Assembly (NCBI GenBank): GCA_945860245.1
Contig: CAMAPO010000005.1
Coordinates: forward strand, 2,610 to 66,609
DNA from: Bifidobacterium breve
Lineage (GTDB): Bacteria; Actinomycetota; Actinomycetes; Nanopelagicales; Nanopelagicaceae
Direction: 5' to 3'
Length of the DNA: 64,000 nt
The translations under genes were made by a program, and so were the position numbers. Of the stretch, positions 11,498 to 23,172 are shown piece by piece; position 1 is the first letter of the stretch, and each line of letters opens with the position of its first letter. Below the pieces are notes generated by a model that did not search any database, had not been told where the DNA came from, and saw only the letters and a list, made by a program, of their open reading frames with translations.

Positions 11498-12267
11498 GCG
11501 TATTAGATTCGATCATCGAGGGCGTGCGTGAAGATTTAGCCAAACGCCGTAGATCATTAGGTGAAATACACGAACAAATGTCACAAGCAGCAGCGCCTTT
11601 GGATGCGCATCAAGTGCTGCGAGGTGATGAAATGAAAGTTATCGCCGAGGTAAAACGTTCATCACCAAGTAAGGGTGAACTTTCGGCAATAGGTGATCCA
11701 GCTGCTCTTTCTGAACAATACGAGAACGCTGGTGCCAGTGTAATTAGCGTATTAACAGAAGAACGTAGATTTAAAGGATCACTGGAAGATCTAACTGCAG
11801 TGCGTGCCAGAGTATCGATTCCAATTCTGCGTAAAGATTTTATGGTTGATGAGTATCAATTCTTTGAAGCCCGTGCACATGGCGCAGATATGGTGCTATT
11901 GATTGTCGCCGCTTTAGCCAAGAGCCAATTACGAGATTTCTATGATCTAGCAACTGAGCTAGGCATGGCAGCACTTATCGAAGTACATACAGCGGATGAG
12001 TTAGAGCGTGCTATGGAAATTACACCGCGCATCGTTGGAGTAAATTCCCGAAACTTAAAAACGCTGGAGGTTAATCCAGCAGCGTTCGCGGAGTTGATTC
12101 CACAGATTCCAGACGAGATTATCCGTGTTGCAGAATCAGGTATCAGCCACCGCGGTGATGTGGAATTTGCGCAAAGCCACGGAGCCGACGCCATATTGGT
12201 GGGTGAGGCCCTCGTTACATCTGCTGACCCGAATTTGGCAATGCGCACCTTATTAGGTCAAGGGTAG
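11494..12267 (+). CDS. trpC: Indole-3-glycerol phosphate synthase
   Basis: IAEVKRSSPSKG, ISVLTE, LRKDF, GVNSRNL, AESGI. Confidence 0.97.
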   Translation: MSVLDSIIEGVREDLAKRRRSLGEIHEQMSQAAAPLDAHQVLRGDEMKVIAEVKRSSPSKGELSAIGDPAALSEQYENAGASVISVLTEERRFKGSLEDLTAVRARVSIPILRKDFMVDEYQFFEARAHGADMVLLIVAALAKSQLRDFYDLATELGMAALIEVHTADELERAMEITPRIVGVNSRNLKTLEVNPAAFAELIPQIPDEIIRVAESGISHRGDVEFAQSHGADAILVGEALVTSADPNLAMRTLLGQG

Positions 12268-12270
12268 GCT
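12265..12270 (+). promoter_or_regulatory. -10 box (TAGGCT) built on the trpC stop codon; probable leaderless trpB promoter
   Basis: TAG stop + GCT, then 6 nt, then ATG 12277; no SD. Confidence 0.55.
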
Positions 12271-12276
12271 TTAACT

Positions 12277-13488
12277 ATGTCGATTTCAGAGCGCGAGGAT
12301 CTCTCGGCCATATTGGGCCACTTCGGTCCTTACGGTGGACGTTTTGTTCCGGAAGCGTTGATTGGCGCACTTGAAGAGTTAGAAGAAGCTCATCGTACTT
12401 CGCAACTCGATCCATCTTTTATTAGAGAACTTGCCGAACTTCATCGAAGTTACACAGGTCGCCCGAGCATTATTACTGAAGCAAAGCGCTTTGCAGAACA
12501 CGCCGGCGGTGCGCGCATAATCTTAAAGCGTGAAGATCTAAACCACACCGGCAGCCATAAGATAAATAATGTACTTGGACAAGCGCTACTCACCAAGCGA
12601 ATGGGTAAGAAAAGAATTATCGCCGAAACTGGTGCCGGCCAGCACGGCGTTGCCGCCGCAACTGCTGCAGCGTTAATGGGGCTGGAGTGCGTTGTTTATA
12701 TGGGCGAAGAAGATACAAAACGCCAATCGCTAAATGTGGCGCGAATGAAATTGTTAGGTGCTCAAGTTGTTCCGGTCACATCCGGATCGCGCACGTTAAA
12801 GGATGCCATCAACGAAGCGATGCGTGACTGGGTTACAAATGTAGAAAGTACGCATTACATGCTAGGTACCGTCGCCGGCCCTCATCCCTTCCCGACAATG
12901 GTTAGAGATTTTCATAAAATTATCGGCGATGAAACGCGTGAGCAAGTTCTTGAACTCACCGGTCGCCTTCCAGATGCTGTACTAGCTTGTGTTGGCGGTG
13001 GATCAAATGCGATTGGTATCTTCCATCGATTTATTTCAGATCCGACGGTTCGGTTAATCGGCCTAGAAGCTGGTGGTGATGGCGTAGAAACGGGTCGCCA
13101 TGCAGCAACTCTTACCGGTGGAACTCCTGGCGTTCTGCACGGAACTCGCTCCTACGTTCTGCAAGATGAGAATGGACAGACTATTGAATCGCATTCAATT
13201 TCTGCAGGTCTTGATTATCCCGGCGTGGGTCCAGAGCACGCATACTTGCACGACATCGGTCGCGCCGAATATCGCGCTATTACAGATGATCAGGCGATGC
13301 ACGCCTTTGCGCTCTTATCTAAGACTGAAGGAATCATCCCAGCGATTGAAACAGCGCACGCTCTTGCCGGTGCCATGCAGGTAGGAAATGAACTCGGCAA
13401 AGATGCAATTATCGTTATAAATCTTTCAGGTCGGGGCGATAAAGATGTGCAGACTGCCGCAAGTTATTTTGGAATTCCTCTCGATTAA
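12277..13488 (+). CDS. trpB: Tryptophan synthase beta chain
   Basis: [50 protein letters not shown]. Confidence 0.98.
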   Translation: MSISEREDLSAILGHFGPYGGRFVPEALIGALEELEEAHRTSQLDPSFIRELAELHRSYTGRPSIITEAKRFAEHAGGARIILKREDLNHTGSHKINNVLGQALLTKRMGKKRIIAETGAGQHGVAAATAAALMGLECVVYMGEEDTKRQSLNVARMKLLGAQVVPVTSGSRTLKDAINEAMRDWVTNVESTHYMLGTVAGPHPFPTMVRDFHKIIGDETREQVLELTGRLPDAVLACVGGGSNAIGIFHRFISDPTVRLIGLEAGGDGVETGRHAATLTGGTPGVLHGTRSYVLQDENGQTIESHSISAGLDYPGVGPEHAYLHDIGRAEYRAITDDQAMHAFALLSKTEGIIPAIETAHALAGAMQVGNELGKDAIIVINLSGRGDKDVQTAASYFGIPLD

Positions 13489-14285
13489 TGACCGCGTTAG
13501 ATCAACTCTTTGTAAAAGTTCGCGCTGAAAATCGCGCAGCGCTCATTGCTTACATACCTGCCGGATTTCCATCCCAAGCGGGATGTCATCGGGTTATCGC
13601 CGCCTTTATCGAAGGGGGAGTAGATGCGATTGAAATTGGATATCCATATAGCGATCCCGTTATGGATGGCCCAACGATTCAAGCAGCAGCTGTTACATCG
13701 CTCGCCAATGGAACAGGTGCTCAAGAAGTCTTAGCAGCGTTAAAAATTGCCGCTGCATCTGTACCTGCAGTAGTTATGACTTACTGGAATCCAATTGAAC
13801 GCTTTGGTGTTGCAGAATTTGCTGATGCAATCGCGGCAAATGGTGGATCAGGTGTTATCACTCCAGATTTAACGATTGAAGAGTCAGTTGGTTGGATTGG
13901 CGCAACAGAGAATTCGACAATTAATCCAATCTATGTCGTCGCGCCCAGCACAAAGGATGTGCGCTTAGCGCAGGTTACTTCCAAATGTGGAGGATTTGTC
14001 TATGCCGCAAGCTTGATGGGAGTTACTGGCGCGCGTGCATCTGTCTCGTCAAGTGCTGCGGATCTCGTTGCACGAGTACGTAAAACTACAGATCTTCCCA
14101 TTGCAGTTGGTTTAGGTGTATCAACGCGGGAACAAGCTAAAGGCGTAGCTGCTTATGCCGATGGAGTAATTGTTGGTTCGGCATTTATTAAAGTGTTGCA
14201 GGATGCACCGAGTGAAGAAGAAGGGCTAAAAGCGGTAACTGAATTGGCACGTGAGTTAGCAAAAGGGGTACGTGAGGGAAGATGA
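13488..14285 (+). CDS. trpA: Tryptophan synthase alpha chain
   Basis: IEIGYPYSDPVMDGPTIQ, MTYWNP, GVTG, GVIVGSA. Confidence 0.97.
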   Translation: MTALDQLFVKVRAENRAALIAYIPAGFPSQAGCHRVIAAFIEGGVDAIEIGYPYSDPVMDGPTIQAAAVTSLANGTGAQEVLAALKIAAASVPAVVMTYWNPIERFGVAEFADAIAANGGSGVITPDLTIEESVGWIGATENSTINPIYVVAPSTKDVRLAQVTSKCGGFVYAASLMGVTGARASVSSSAADLVARVRKTTDLPIAVGLGVSTREQAKGVAAYADGVIVGSAFIKVLQDAPSEEEGLKAVTELARELAKGVREGR

Positions 14286-14776
14286 AGAATAGATTTGTAA
14301 TATTGCAACCTTGGATTGGTTTAGTGGTTCGGCTAACTTTAGGAGGCGTGCTATTTCTCGCCGGATATTTAAAGGTAGGCACTCCAGATAAGTCGCAAAT
14401 GGCAGTTCGCGCATATGAAATGCTGCCGATCTCCGTAGCCAACCTGCTGGGTCTGATTCTTCCCCCGGTAGAGATTGTAATTGGTGTGCTTTTAATCTTG
14501 GGAGCGCTCACTCGTGTGATGGCCGCACTCGGTGGATTCACAATGTTCATATTTATCATTGCGATCGCGCAGGCTTGGGCTAGAGGTCTAAATATTGATT
14601 GCGGGTGCTTTGGTGGGGGAGGCGCTGTTGAGCCAGGTCAGACCAAGTATTTACAAGAAATTCTTAGGGATATAGGGCTGGTATTTCTCGCCGCGTATTT
14701 AATTCGCTACCCTTCTACCAAGTTTTCATTAGATAAGAACCAGAATCGTAAATCCTCACAGGAAGAAGTGGCATAA
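14282..14776 (+). CDS. MauE/DoxX-family membrane protein with CxC motif
   Basis: Four hydrophobic segments; GLNIDCGCFGG motif typical of MauE-like proteins. Confidence 0.8.
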   Translation: MKNRFVILQPWIGLVVRLTLGGVLFLAGYLKVGTPDKSQMAVRAYEMLPISVANLLGLILPPVEIVIGVLLILGALTRVMAALGGFTMFIFIIAIAQAWARGLNIDCGCFGGGGAVEPGQTKYLQEILRDIGLVFLAAYLIRYPSTKFSLDKNQNRKSSQEEVA

Positions 14777-14778
14777 GA

Positions 14779-15459
14779 ATGGCGCAAGCAAAGAACCCAA
14801 AAGGTGGAAAAGATAACTTCACCCGCAATTTAGTTATCGCGGTAGTTCTTGGAGTTGTGCTAATCATGCTTGTTCCTACCCTTCTTTCTAAGAAGTCGAA
14901 TACAAATGCGGCTACTCCTTCTATAGTTTCAGTTGAAGATGGTTACGGCATGGTCTTTAACAAAGAGTTAAAAGATGTTCCCTTCATTGAAATTTATGAA
15001 GATTTTCAATGCCCAGCATGTCAGCGATTTGAGGGGATAGTCGGTGAATATATTGAAGATTTGATCAATACCAAAAAAGCCAAGGTCGCATACCATCCCC
15101 TTTCATTCCTTGGTCCTGAATCACAATTAGCAGCCAATGCCGCAGGGTGTGCTGCTGACGAGGGTCAATTTATTCAGTTCCATAAATTGCTGTATGCCAA
15201 CCAGCCTAATGAGAACTCTGGCGCGTGGACTTCTTCATACTTCACAACTTTGAGCTTAGGGCTAGGAATAACAAGCAAAGAATATGAGAAATGCGTTAAC
15301 AAGAATGAATACAAGGATTGGGTTGTAAATGTGGCAAATGAAGGCGCCAAGCGCAATATCAACTCAACTCCAACAGTATTTATAAACGGTAAAGAGATCG
15401 ATCGTGACAAGGCCTACAACAGCCTTGGAGAATTCATGCTCGCTGTCTCCAAAGCCTAA
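14779..15459 (+). CDS. dsbA: Membrane-anchored DsbA-family thiol-disulfide oxidoreductase
   Basis: N-terminal TM, EDFQCPAC active site, second Cys pair, STPT cis-Pro loop. Confidence 0.85.
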   Translation: MAQAKNPKGGKDNFTRNLVIAVVLGVVLIMLVPTLLSKKSNTNAATPSIVSVEDGYGMVFNKELKDVPFIEIYEDFQCPACQRFEGIVGEYIEDLINTKKAKVAYHPLSFLGPESQLAANAAGCAADEGQFIQFHKLLYANQPNENSGAWTSSYFTTLSLGLGITSKEYEKCVNKNEYKDWVVNVANEGAKRNINSTPTVFINGKEIDRDKAYNSLGEFMLAVSKA

Positions 15460-15461
15460 CT

Positions 15462-16292
15462 ATGCGTACTTCGATACCGACTCCGACTCAGTCGCAGATC
15501 GATATCGGTCCTCTTACCTTTCATTTCTATGCGCTTTGCATAATTGCAGGAATTGCGGTCGCCATTTGGCTAGGTGATAGGCGATTTCGAAGTTACGCGA
15601 ACTCCGCGGGTCTAGATCTGAACGGAGTTGTCTCTGAAGTTGCGGTAATCGCTATACCTGCCGGGATTATCGGCGGACGTCTCTATCACGTGGTTACTTC
15701 GCCAGAATTATATTTTGGTAACGGCGGAAGTCTCTTGGCGATCCTTAAAATATGGAATGGGGGATTGGGAATTTGGGGAGCGATCGCCCTCGGTGTGCTT
15801 GGTGCGCTATTTAGCTACCGCCGGATTGCAAAGGAGAGAACTTTGCCGTCTTTTCGCCTCTTCTTAGATGCTCTTGCCCCCGGAATATTAATTGCACAAG
15901 CGATAGGTCGTTTTGGCAATTGGTTTAACGCTGAACTCTTTGGCAGGCCACTGGATACTTGGTGGGCGCTGGAAATACCTTATAAATTCAGACCAAGGGG
16001 TTATGGGCTATTTGAAACATTCCACCCCACCTTTTTATATGAAGCAATTTGGACAACTTTACTGGCCGCTGTGCTAATTAAATATGGAAGAAAATGGCGA
16101 GATGGATCTATCTTCTATATTTATATCGCCGGCTACTCCGCCGCCCGATTCGTCATCGAAGGAGTGCGTATCGACTCAGCTCACGATTTCTTTGGCCTTA
16201 GGGTCAATCAATGGACGAGTATCTTTATTTTCATCTTAGGTTTAGCGCTTTTCTATAGAAATCAAGAGAAGAAGAAGAAGAAGAAGGTCTAG
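15462..16292 (+). CDS. lgt: Prolipoprotein diacylglyceryl transferase
   Basis: GIIGGRLYHV, QAIGRFGNWFN, HPTFLYE, RFVIEGVRID. Confidence 0.96.
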   Translation: MRTSIPTPTQSQIDIGPLTFHFYALCIIAGIAVAIWLGDRRFRSYANSAGLDLNGVVSEVAVIAIPAGIIGGRLYHVVTSPELYFGNGGSLLAILKIWNGGLGIWGAIALGVLGALFSYRRIAKERTLPSFRLFLDALAPGILIAQAIGRFGNWFNAELFGRPLDTWWALEIPYKFRPRGYGLFETFHPTFLYEAIWTTLLAAVLIKYGRKWRDGSIFYIYIAGYSAARFVIEGVRIDSAHDFFGLRVNQWTSIFIFILGLALFYRNQEKKKKKKV

Positions 16293-16333
16293 ATTTCATC
16301 TGAAATTTAATGTGGATCAGGTAGGCTCTCTAT

Positions 16334-17056
16334 ATGGCCCTTGAAGATGTATACCAACGTAATCTTAATCATCGCACCCATCGTGCTGGTTGGTTACGCG
16401 CTGCAGTTCTCGGTGCAAATGATGGTTTGGTATCAATAGCATCTCTAATGATTGGTGTAACAGCGGCAAAAGCTGGAGGTGTGGATGCGCAAGGTTTTCT
16501 AATCACAGCGGGCGCTGCTGGAATTGTGGCTGGCGCTATGTCTATGGCAGTTGGGGAGTATGTATCAGTACGCTCCCAAAATGATATTGAAGAGTCAGAT
16601 CGTTTACTCGAAATTGAGCACCTATCAGTAGATCCAGATGCGGAGTTACTGGAGTTACAAGAAATTTATATTAAGCGTGGATTATCTCAAGAGTTGGCAA
16701 TGGAAGTGGCTACTGCAATGCATGCACGCGATCCGCTTGAAGCTCACCTGCGCGATGAACTCGGTCAGCATCCGCATACAAAGGCGCGCCCTGTGCAAGC
16801 AGCGATCGCATCAGCTGCAGCATTTACCTCAGGAGGTCTGATTCCATTTGTAGGCGCCTTCGCGCCAACTACGGGAACGGCAGCGCTAGGTATTGTCGGC
16901 TTCACGCTGGTTGGCTTGCTCTTAACTGGAGTTATCAGCGCGAAAATCTCGGGCTCAAAGATTTTCACCCCAACGCTTCGAGTAATAATCGGTGGCTGTA
17001 TCGGTATGGCGATCACCGCTGGTATTGGGCGACTTCTCCATGTGAGCGGGATTTAA
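16334..17056 (+). CDS. VIT1/CCC1-family Fe/Mn transporter
   Basis: LRAAVLGANDGLVS, GAMSMAVGEYVSV, HLRDELG; preceded by TAGGCT-N6-ATG (16322-16327). Confidence 0.9.
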   Translation: MALEDVYQRNLNHRTHRAGWLRAAVLGANDGLVSIASLMIGVTAAKAGGVDAQGFLITAGAAGIVAGAMSMAVGEYVSVRSQNDIEESDRLLEIEHLSVDPDAELLELQEIYIKRGLSQELAMEVATAMHARDPLEAHLRDELGQHPHTKARPVQAAIASAAAFTSGGLIPFVGAFAPTTGTAALGIVGFTLVGLLLTGVISAKISGSKIFTPTLRVIIGGCIGMAITAGIGRLLHVSGI

Positions 17057-17097
17057 AGCCAAGTTACTTTCTCGGCATGCCAATTTGCCCTAATCCT

Positions 17098-17106
17098 TGC
17101 TACCCT
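17098..17106 (+). promoter_or_regulatory. Candidate extended -10 (TGC-TACCCT) for gltBD
   Basis: TGn + TANNNT about 85 nt upstream of the likely gltB start. Confidence 0.4.
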
Positions 17107-17189
17107 TTTCCTACACCTACGAGTTAATCGTTCGTGATATTTGGGCCAAAGTTGTCCCTCACGATTTTTCAAGTGCGGACAACAGGAGC

Positions 17190-20100
17190 GTGAAAGAGAT
17201 GGTCCTTCCATCTAACTACCCAGCACGTCTTGGTCTCTATGACCCGGCAAACGAGCATGATGCTTGCGGCGTTGCAATGGTGGCTACCCTTAACAAAGTT
17301 GCAACACATGAAATCGTTTCCCAAGCCTTAACTGCACTCCGCAATCTAGAACATCGTGGTGCCTCTGGTGCAGAACCTGATAGTGGAGATGGCGCGGGAA
17401 TATTAATCCGCGTTCCTGATGCTTTCTATCGCGCAGTCGTAAACTTCGAACTTCCGCCGGCAGATTCATATGCAACTGGCATTGCCTTTATCGCGCAGGG
17501 TTCAGACCTCCGTAATGAAATTGCCAAGATCGCAGATGAGGAGGGGCTAATAGTTTTAGGTTGGCGCGAACTGCCAGTCAATGCCACATCGCTTGGCAAA
17601 ACTGCAGTTTCAGTTATGCCAGATTTCGAGCAAATCTTCATCTCAGGCAAGAACGATGAAACAGGTATCGCCCTCGACCGTTTAGCTTTCTGTTTACGAA
17701 AGCGCGCTGAACACTCACTAGATCTTTACTTCCCTTCACTTTCTTCGCAGACCATTGTCTACAAAGGCATGCTTACCACCGGACAACTAGAAGAATTTTT
17801 TCCAGATTTAAGTGATCAACGCGTTGTATCACCACTGGCGTTGGTCCACTCACGTTTTTCGACCAATACTTTTCCATCTTGGCCCTTGGCTCACCCTTAT
17901 CGCTTCATCGCCCACAATGGAGAAATTAACACCGTTAAAGGTAATCGCAATTGGATGCGCGCCCGCGAATCACTACTTGCTAGCGAGCTAATTCCGGGGG
18001 ATCTCAACCGTTTATTTCCTATAGTTGAAATGTCAGGTAGCGATTCTGCATCCTTCGATGAAGTTCTAGAGTTGTTATACCTTGGCGGACGCTCCTTGCC
18101 ACATTCAGTATTGATGATGATCCCGGAAGCGTGGGAGAACCACGCGACGATGTCACAGAAACGACGTGATTTTTATGCCTTCCATTCATCTCTTATGGAG
18201 CCGTGGGATGGTCCAGCTTGTGTGACATTTACAGATGGACATCAAGTCGGTGCTGTCTTAGATCGCAATGGACTTCGTCCTTCACGTTTCTGGGTTACAG
18301 ATGATGGTCTAGTCGTTCTTGCCTCTGAAGTTGGTGTTCTTGATTTTCCAGCAGAGAAAATTGTCCGCAAAGGTCGCTTGCAACCCGGCAAGATGTTCTT
18401 AGTTGATATTGAAGCCGGTCGCATTATTGAAGATGATGAAATAAAGGATGGGCTGGCTGATGCGGCTCCTTATGGACAGTGGCTAGATGCTGGAATGATG
18501 AAATTGAGTGACCTGCCGTCACGCGAACATATCGTCTATCCACACTCATCTGTTGTTCGCCGCCAACGCGCCTTTGGATATACCGAAGAAGAGATTCGCA
18601 TCTTGCTAACACCTATGGCTAAGAACGGAATGGAAGCCCTTGGTTCAATGGGAACCGATTCGCCAATCGCAGCGTTATCTGAAAAGCCACGCCTGCTCTT
18701 TGATTACTTCTCACAACTCTTTGCCCAAGTAACAAATCCGCCACTTGATGCAATTCGCGAAGAACTCGTAACTAGTTTGGGTGGATCACTTGGCCCAGAG
18801 CACAATCTCCTTGATCCTGGCCCCGAATCTTGCCGCCAAATTTCATTAGCCTTTCCGGTTATCGATAACGATGAACTAGCCAAAATAATTCACGTAAATG
18901 CTGATGGCGATTACCCAGAGTTAGAAAGCTATGTAGTGCGTGGGTTATTCCCAGTTACTGGTGATGGAAATACTCTGCATATTCGCTTGGAAGAAATTAA
19001 GCGCGAAGTCTCAGATGCAATCGCCGCAGGCGCACATATCATTGTTCTTTCAGATCGCAACGGCGATGCCGAAGATACGCCGATCCCATCTCTCTTATTA
19101 ACAGCGGCAGTGCACCACCACTTGATTCGCGAAAAGACGCGCACCCAGGTTGGGCTAGTTGTTGAAGCCGGCGATGTTCGCGAAGTCCACCACGTTGCGC
19201 TGCTAATTGGTTATGGCGCTGCTGCTGTGAATCCTTACTTGGCCATGGAATCTGCTGAAGATTTAGTTCTACAAGGTGTGATTACTGGTATCACACCTGA
19301 AAAAGCAGTGCGCAATGTGATCAAGAGCTTGGGTAAAGGCGTATTGAAAGTTATGTCAAAGATGGGCATTTCAACTATCGCCTCTTACACCGGCGCACAA
19401 GTATTTGAAGCGATCGGCTTATCTCAAGAAGTTATTGACGAATACTTTGTCGGCACAACTTCACGACTAGGTGGAATTAGCCTAGATGTCATTGCAGAAG
19501 AAACTATTGCGCGCCACCTCATCGCATACCCAGTCGGGGGAGAGATCCCCGGAACTAAGCGCCTGCCAATTGGTGGCGAATACCAATGGCGCCGCGATGG
19601 CGAACCGCATCTATTTAATCCAGAAACAGTCTTTACCTTGCAGCACTCCACACGTTCCAAGCGCTACGACATCTTCAAGCGCTACACCAGCAAGGTAGAC
19701 ACTCAGAGCAAAGAGTTGATGACGCTACGTGGACTCTTCACCTTTAAAGAGGGAGAGCGCCCGGCAATTTCAATTAATGACGTTGAGCCAATTTCAGAGA
19801 TCGTAAAGCGCTTCTCAACAGGTGCAATGTCTTACGGTTCAATTTCACAAGAAGCTCACGAGACTTTAGCGATCGCCATGAACCGACTCGGCGGAAAGTC
19901 CAATACCGGTGAAGGTGGCGAAGATCCATCGCGAGCTATTCCGATGGCTAATGGTGATTCCAAGCGCAGCGCAATTAAACAAGTTGCCAGTGGTCGCTTT
20001 GGTGTCACCAGTGACTACCTAGTTAACGCAGATGATATTCAAATTAAAATTGCGCAAGGTGCAAAGCCTGGTGAAGGTGGTCAACTTCCCGGTAATAAGG

Positions 20101-21716
20101 TCTATCCGTGGATCGCCAAAGTTAGATACTCAACTCCTGGAGTAGGCCTGATTTCACCTCCGCCACATCACGATATTTATTCCATTGAAGATCTCGCACA
20201 ACTGATCCACGATCTAAAGAACGCCAATAAGAATGCGCGCATCCATGTCAAGTTAGTTGCAGAAGTTGGCGTTGGAACTGTCGCTGCTGGCGTATCTAAA
20301 GCACATGCCGATGTCGTATTAATCTCTGGCCACGACGGTGGAACCGGGGCATCACCACTTACTTCACTAAAGCATGCGGGTGCTCCGTGGGAACTAGGTT
20401 TAGCGGAAACCCAACAGACCTTGCTCCTCAATGGGCTACGCGATCGCATTGTTGTGCAGGCAGATGGCCAACTAAAGACAGGTCGCGATGTAGTAATCGC
20501 AGCACTTCTAGGTGCTGAAGAGTATGGATTTGCAACTGCGCCACTCGTTGTTTCAGGTTGTGTAATGATGCGTGTCTGTCACTTAGATACTTGTCCAGTT
20601 GGCGTTGCAACACAAAATCCAGAGCTACGTAAACGCTTTACCGGTAAGCCCGAGTTTGTAGAAACATTCTTTGAATATATTGCTGAAGAAGTCCGTGAGA
20701 TCTTGGCCAAACTAGGCTTCCGCACACTGCAAGAAGCAATTGGCCACGTTGAATATCTTGATACCCGCGATGCCGTAAATCACTGGAAGGCGAGCGGCCT
20801 TGATTTAGCGCCGCTATTAGTCCGACCAGATGTGGATTCACCACTTCATCGCACAACTGTGCAAGATCATGGACTTGCCGCGGCAATGGATAATCAATTG
20901 ATTACCCTTGCGGCAGCTGCCCTTGATAAGAAAGAGCCGGTGCGAATAGATATGCCGGTACGCAACGTAAATCGCACAGTCGGCACAATGTTGGGTGCAG
21001 AAGTCACTCGACGCTTCGGTGCCGAAGGACTTCCAGTTGGAACTATTGACGTGACTTTGCATGGTTCTGCTGGTCAATCACTTGGTGCATTTCTGCCACG
21101 TGGCGTCGCCATCCGGCTTTATGGAGATAGCAATGACTATGTTGGTAAAGGCATTTCTGGAGGACGGGTGATCGTTCGTCCAGATGAACGTGCCACATTG
21201 ACTTCTCACGAGAATGTAATCGCCGGCAACGTCATTGGTTATGGCGCAACATCAGGTGAAATATTTATTCGTGGCCTAGTCGGAGAGAGATTCTGTGTTC
21301 GCAACTCAGGCGCAACCGCAGTTGTCGAAGGCGTCGGCGATCACGGCTGTGAATATATGACCGGTGGAACTGTTGTCATATTAGGTCACACAGGTCGCAA
21401 CTTTGCCGCTGGTATGTCAGGTGGGCGCGCCTTTGTTCTCGATTTAAATCCTGCGCAGGTAAATACCGAGATGGTTGATATCTTGGCAGTTCTGGAGGAT
21501 CAGCGAGAAGCACTAAAATCTATAATCTCAACTTTCCATACCGAAACAGGTTCAGAAGTTGCCGCAGAGCTGCTTAAAGATTGGAGCGCTGCGGTAAATC
21601 GCATCTCGTTAATTATGCCGCGCGATTATGCACGAGTGCTTGCTGCAATCGAACGTGCAACAAAAGATGGTCTTCCAGTTGATCAATATGTAATGGAGGT
21701 AGCAGCAAATGGCTGA
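17190..21716 (+). CDS. gltB: Glutamate synthase large subunit
   Basis: Propeptide GLYDP..EHDA then N-terminal nucleophile CGV; [32 protein letters not shown]; start GTG 17190 (or ATG 17199) after AGGAG rather than 17097. Confidence 0.97.
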   Translation: MKEMVLPSNYPARLGLYDPANEHDACGVAMVATLNKVATHEIVSQALTALRNLEHRGASGAEPDSGDGAGILIRVPDAFYRAVVNFELPPADSYATGIAFIAQGSDLRNEIAKIADEEGLIVLGWRELPVNATSLGKTAVSVMPDFEQIFISGKNDETGIALDRLAFCLRKRAEHSLDLYFPSLSSQTIVYKGMLTTGQLEEFFPDLSDQRVVSPLALVHSRFSTNTFPSWPLAHPYRFIAHNGEINTVKGNRNWMRARESLLASELIPGDLNRLFPIVEMSGSDSASFDEVLELLYLGGRSLPHSVLMMIPEAWENHATMSQKRRDFYAFHSSLMEPWDGPACVTFTDGHQVGAVLDRNGLRPSRFWVTDDGLVVLASEVGVLDFPAEKIVRKGRLQPGKMFLVDIEAGRIIEDDEIKDGLADAAPYGQWLDAGMMKLSDLPSREHIVYPHSSVVRRQRAFGYTEEEIRILLTPMAKNGMEALGSMGTDSPIAALSEKPRLLFDYFSQLFAQVTNPPLDAIREELVTSLGGSLGPEHNLLDPGPESCRQISLAFPVIDNDELAKIIHVNADGDYPELESYVVRGLFPVTGDGNTLHIRLEEIKREVSDAIAAGAHIIVLSDRNGDAEDTPIPSLLLTAAVHHHLIREKTRTQVGLVVEAGDVREVHHVALLIGYGAAAVNPYLAMESAEDLVLQGVITGITPEKAVRNVIKSLGKGVLKVMSKMGISTIASYTGAQVFEAIGLSQEVIDEYFVGTTSRLGGISLDVIAEETIARHLIAYPVGGEIPGTKRLPIGGEYQWRRDGEPHLFNPETVFTLQHSTRSKRYDIFKRYTSKVDTQSKELMTLRGLFTFKEGERPAISINDVEPISEIVKRFSTGAMSYGSISQEAHETLAIAMNRLGGKSNTGEGGEDPSRAIPMANGDSKRSAIKQVASGRFGVTSDYLVNADDIQIKIAQGAKPGEGGQLPGNKVYPWIAKVRYSTPGVGLISPPPHHDIYSIEDLAQLIHDLKNANKNARIHVKLVAEVGVGTVAAGVSKAHADVVLISGHDGGTGASPLTSLKHAGAPWELGLAETQQTLLLNGLRDRIVVQADGQLKTGRDVVIAALLGAEEYGFATAPLVVSGCVMMRVCHLDTCPVGVATQNPELRKRFTGKPEFVETFFEYIAEEVREILAKLGFRTLQEAIGHVEYLDTRDAVNHWKASGLDLAPLLVRPDVDSPLHRTTVQDHGLAAAMDNQLITLAAAALDKKEPVRIDMPVRNVNRTVGTMLGAEVTRRFGAEGLPVGTIDVTLHGSAGQSLGAFLPRGVAIRLYGDSNDYVGKGISGGRVIVRPDERATLTSHENVIAGNVIGYGATSGEIFIRGLVGERFCVRNSGATAVVEGVGDHGCEYMTGGTVVILGHTGRNFAAGMSGGRAFVLDLNPAQVNTEMVDILAVLEDQREALKSIISTFHTETGSEVAAELLKDWSAAVNRISLIMPRDYARVLAAIERATKDGLPVDQYVMEVAANG

Positions 21717-23163
21717 TCCAAAGGGATTTTTAACTACTCCACGCGAATTGCCCAAACGTCGCCCGGTTGATGTGCGCATTAGAGATTGGCATGAAGTCTA
21801 CGAAACGCAGAGTATGGAGCACCTGCAGAAGCAAGCAGGGCGTTGTATGGATTGCGGAATTCCGTTCTGTCACGAGGGTTGCCCACTAGGAAATCTAATT
21901 CCAGAGTGGAATGATTTGATGTGGCGCGGCGATAAAGAAGAGGCGATGGCGCGCTTGCATGCCACTAACAACTTCCCAGAATTTACCGGTCGTTTATGTC
22001 CTGCCCCGTGCGAGACTGCTTGTGTTATTGGAATCAATGCAGATGCAGTAACCATCAAGCAGGTGGAACTGCGCACGATCGAAGAAGCCTTTAGCGCAGG
22101 AAATGTGCAGCCGACTCCACCTGATCGCTTAACCGGTAAGACCGTTGCTGTTATTGGCTCTGGCCCTGCTGGTCTTGCCGCCGCACAACAGCTAACTCGT
22201 GCTGGACATACCGTCGCAGTTTACGAACGTGCTGACAAAATTGGTGGCCTACTGCGCTACGGAATCCCAGAATTTAAAATGGAGAAGAGCGTGCTGGATC
22301 GCCGTTTAAATCAGATGGAGAAAGAGGGAACACGTTTTCGTCCGGGCGTAGATGTCGGTGTTGAAGTAACCGGCGCAGATCTACGCAGGAAATATGATGC
22401 GATCGTTTTAGCCGTCGGTGCCACCCAGTGGCGCGATCTTCCAATCAAGGGGCGTGAGAATAAAGGTGTCTACCAAGCGATGGAGTTTCTGCCTTGGGGT
22501 AATAAGCAAGCCCTTGGTGAAGTTACCAATCCAGATATTAACGTCGCCGGAAAGCATGTAGTCATTTTAGGTGGGGGAGATACCGGTGCAGATTGCCTTG
22601 GAACATCAATACGTCAAGGCGCAGCCAGTGTTACCCAGTTAGAGATTATGCCGCGCCCAACTGAAGAACGTCCGAGCGGACAACCGTGGCCGACTTATCC
22701 AATGATCTATCGCGTTTCTTCTGCACACGAAGAGTTAGATAATCGTGTATTCGCTGTTAGTACCGAAGAGTTCGTTGGTGATGGCAACGGAAATCTCAAG
22801 GCGCTAAAGATTGTTGAAACAGAATTTGTAAATGGAAAGTTTGAACCAGTTCCGGGCACTGAGAAGGAGATACCTGCAGATTTTGTATTCTTAGCAATGG
22901 GATTCACCGGTCCTGAAAAATCAGCAATTCTTACCCAACTCGAGGTTGAATTTGATGATCGTGGCAATATTAAGCGTGATGAGAATTATCAGAGCAGCGT
23001 TGAAGGAATATTTGTGGCCGGTGATGCAGGACGCGGTCAGTCTCTTATTGTTTGGGCGATTGCCGAAGGCCGCAGCGCCGCTGCCGGTGTCGATAAATAC
23101 CTCGAAGGGGAAACCCAATTACCTGCACCTATCGAACCAACCGACCGCTCTCTTATGGTTTAA
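21709..23163 (+). CDS. gltD: Glutamate synthase small subunit
   Basis: [48 protein letters not shown]. Confidence 0.97.
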   Translation: MADPKGFLTTPRELPKRRPVDVRIRDWHEVYETQSMEHLQKQAGRCMDCGIPFCHEGCPLGNLIPEWNDLMWRGDKEEAMARLHATNNFPEFTGRLCPAPCETACVIGINADAVTIKQVELRTIEEAFSAGNVQPTPPDRLTGKTVAVIGSGPAGLAAAQQLTRAGHTVAVYERADKIGGLLRYGIPEFKMEKSVLDRRLNQMEKEGTRFRPGVDVGVEVTGADLRRKYDAIVLAVGATQWRDLPIKGRENKGVYQAMEFLPWGNKQALGEVTNPDINVAGKHVVILGGGDTGADCLGTSIRQGAASVTQLEIMPRPTEERPSGQPWPTYPMIYRVSSAHEELDNRVFAVSTEEFVGDGNGNLKALKIVETEFVNGKFEPVPGTEKEIPADFVFLAMGFTGPEKSAILTQLEVEFDDRGNIKRDENYQSSVEGIFVAGDAGRGQSLIVWAIAEGRSAAAGVDKYLEGETQLPAPIEPTDRSLMV

Positions 23164-23166
23164 GGT
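23161..23166 (+). promoter_or_regulatory. -10 box (TAAGGT) built on the gltD stop codon; probable leaderless pyk promoter
   Basis: TAA stop + GGT, 6 nt, ATG 23173; no SD. Confidence 0.55.
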
Positions 23167-23172
23167 AGCCAA

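Noticed and set aside
17097-17189. N-terminal extensions called by the track for gltB (also rpsA 34401, tkt 53888, sufR 54726, whiA 45384, priA 7900)
   Set aside because: Homology begins downstream, where SD, leaderless or overlap signals mark better starts
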